Source: Utricularia gibba (taxonomy: Eukaryota; Plantae; Magnoliophyta). Taken from it: 64,000 bases of DNA. The notes under the pieces are model-generated. The model saw only the letters and a list, made by a program, of their open reading frames with translations. It was not told the origin of the DNA and ran no database searches. Shown here in pieces: positions 61,790-64,000 of this stretch; positions within the stretch are counted from its first letter, which is position 1; every line of letters starts with the position of its first letter. Position numbers and translations under genes: made by a program. The DNA lies in contig CM007992.1 in the NCBI GenBank assembly GCA_002189035.1, positions 2,790,001 to 2,854,000 on the forward strand, read 5' to 3'.

Positions 61790-63269
61790 ATGATACAGTT
61801 GCTTTTTGCTCTGATACTCGCCGAAATGGCGATCATCGTCGTTTTAATCTTCCAGTCTCCACCGAGGAAACTGGTGATAGTGGCGCTCGATCGGCTTAAG
61901 CGGGGACATGGTTCGATTGTAGTGATGGCGCTCGGAGGAGTGATTTTTTTGTTCATGATGGCGACCGTCTACAATGCCATCGCCGTACGGAGGCGATTGA
62001 CTCGCGATGGTGAATCCAGCGTGACGGATCAAATTCGGATGGCTAACTACTGGCTGGAAATTTCTCTCATGGGTAATTCATTTGTTATAAATGTCTTCAT
62101 GTGTATGTTTGTTGTTTGACGTTTGATTTTTCAACACTTTACTCTTTAGTGATTTTTCCATGGTTTTTTTTTTTTCATTTTATGTTCTCTGATTCATCTG
62201 TTCAATCGTAGTTTTCTCATTGAAGTACTTACTGACTTTTCTCATCCCTGTATCATGCTTCTCATGTACAACTCATGTGATGATGCCTGTTTAAAAGTAA
62301 AGAGTGCGTGCTTTAGAGTCCATTGAGGCTGCAACGCTTGAACCTGTTACTGAATTTTACCGTGAGCGTGAGTTTATGTGGAAGAGATTTCTTCTGATAG
62401 TAACGTTGATGTTCATGTATGTTTACAACAGAAAAAATAATTGAAATGACCAGTGTGTTTATATTCCCATAAAACAGTTCTTTTTCCTATCAGTAAAGAT
62501 ATACGCAGAAAACAGTTACTAAGTTGCTTGATTCTGATTTTAATTCCGTAACGCAGAGTTTGTTTGATGCACAGAAGCCTTCTTCTTTCACATTAGGCAA
62601 AGTTTATGTTGTGGATCTTATTTGTGAAAACATATCTTTCACATCCTCTATGGCTTTAGACTGATAGAATCATCATTTGAGTTCGGTTGCCTTTGCAAGT
62701 CTGTGGTCACTGAGAGCTCATGTTCCATCATTGGTTTTTTATATTGTGTATATGCTGAATGTTTTGGTGTGTTTCAGCAGAATATTGTGTATATTCGATG
62801 GTGGTAACTACTCTATAAAAGGTGAGACCTTTTTTAATTTTCTGCAGGGATCTTGCTATTTCTCGGATTCACAATCAACAGACTGCATTATTGTTTACGA
62901 GACCTGAGTTTGAGGAGGAAACAAAGTCGAGTATTGGATGATGTTAAGCCTGCTGCATCCGAGGAATTCAAAGCACTAGAACAAGAGAGATCGAAGCTTC
63001 AAGAAAAGATAACGCAGCTTCAAATGCAGCTGGAGAAAAGGGACCATGAAGCACACCTGCTGAAAGCACAACTTCTGAAGACGGGCGGAGAGGCAAAGCA
63101 GTTGACCATACAGCTTGAAGAAAAGACCAAGGAAGCAACCTCCGCAGAAGCCAATGCATTGGCTTTGAGAAAGCAATCCGAGGGGTTTCTTCTCGAATAC
63201 GATCGGCTGCTTGAAGAAAACCAGATCCTTCGAAGGAAGCTCTTCTCTGAGAACAAGAAAGACATGTGA
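61790..63269 (+). CDS. B-cell receptor-associated protein 31-like (BAP29/31) ER membrane protein, 2 exons
   Basis: Exon 61790-62072 MIQLLFALILAEMA..PPRKLVIVALDRLKRG..TDQIRMANYWLEISLMG. Exon 62848-63269 ILLFLGFTINRLHYCL followed by a coiled coil ending ALRKQSEGFLLEYDRLLEENQILR. Confidence 0.9.
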
Positions 63270-64000
63270 GGTAATATTCTCTGCACCCCTTTTTTCCCTT
63301 CTACATCCTGTTTGTTTTATGTTGTGTTTACACCATCTGCGAACCAAAAACAAAAGGAACCGAGTACAGAAATTGCTTTGCTTTGTGTCCAAAGCTGGCC
63401 TAAAACGCCAAGATACAAGGTTTCCTTGTTTTGGGCATAGAGTTCGCCCATTTCCTTGAACCCAGACCATGAACAAGGAAGGTTTCTTTGCTTTGGGCAT
63501 AGAGAACGCCCATGTGTAGGCCCAGTTGAGGGATAAAGTATTATATTCGTTTTCGGCTCATTTTAGAATGGGCGGCCCATGTGATATCTTAGCTTTGGGC
63601 CGGTGTACTCTTTTTCAAAACCTGAACAAAGAAAACGCCGTCGTTTTGGCGTGCTTCCAGTTCCGTCTTCATCGTCTGCAACTCCGTTCTTCATCTTCGT
63701 TTTCGCGCCGTTTCAGTAGATGGTTACATCTCCCATTCTTCTCTTTTTGCTAAATGAAGCAAGAGATATGGATGCTGAAACTATTGAAATGATGTTTTGA
63801 GAGTATTTACGTTTGAATGCTCCGGTCGATAGTGCAAGGAATTTTTGGTTTTCTAAAGATTACTGATTCACTGTGTTAACGACTTAGGCTTTGGATTCAC
63901 TAGTCCAGGGTTAAAGGAAGCAGAAGTTCTAGTAAACAGCATGATCTATTGAGATTTCGTGCTCCTATTTTGTTCGATGAGAGTATCAGCTTCTCTGTGG

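Noticed and set aside
1-64000. CRISPR arrays, rRNA/tRNA genes, organellar insertions, or bacterial origin of MraY
   Set aside because: None seen. MraY has plant-type introns and a transit-peptide-like N-terminus, so it is the native nuclear gene rather than contamination or recent HGT.

Overview
Eukaryotic (angiosperm) nuclear DNA, judged from spliced genes with GT/GC-AG introns and plant TE families; the species cannot be determined. Genes in order: synaptotagmin SYT5-like (-, runs off the left edge), MraY homolog copy 1 (broken by a MULE insertion and a deletion), GT47/exostosin glycosyltransferase (-), COPT5 copper transporter (-), RPS4 pseudogene, MraY homolog copy 2 (complete 8-exon, 497-aa reading frame), GT47 pseudogene, a ~12-kb TE nest containing a COPT remnant, a second RPS4 pseudogene, an ANTH clathrin-assembly gene, a small TM protein, a GT-2-like trihelix gene, RPS2, an AIRP2-like RING E3, a second TE nest, MED21 and a BAP31-like gene. 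The main structure is a direct tandem duplication (~2441-14154 and ~14151-32684) of MraY-GT47-COPT5-RPS4-ANTH upstream region, followed by complementary gene loss. As a result the only intact MraY sits behind a copy of the ANTH upstream region. That MraY has lost the conserved aspartate motifs of the family while keeping its frame and splice sites, so it is a candidate pseudoenzyme. A Ty1/copia element has a tRNA-Trp-type primer-binding site. Two 1-bp homopolymer deletions in the ANTH gene suggest residual assembly errors. All alignments were done by eye and family comparisons are from recalled consensus, not database searches.
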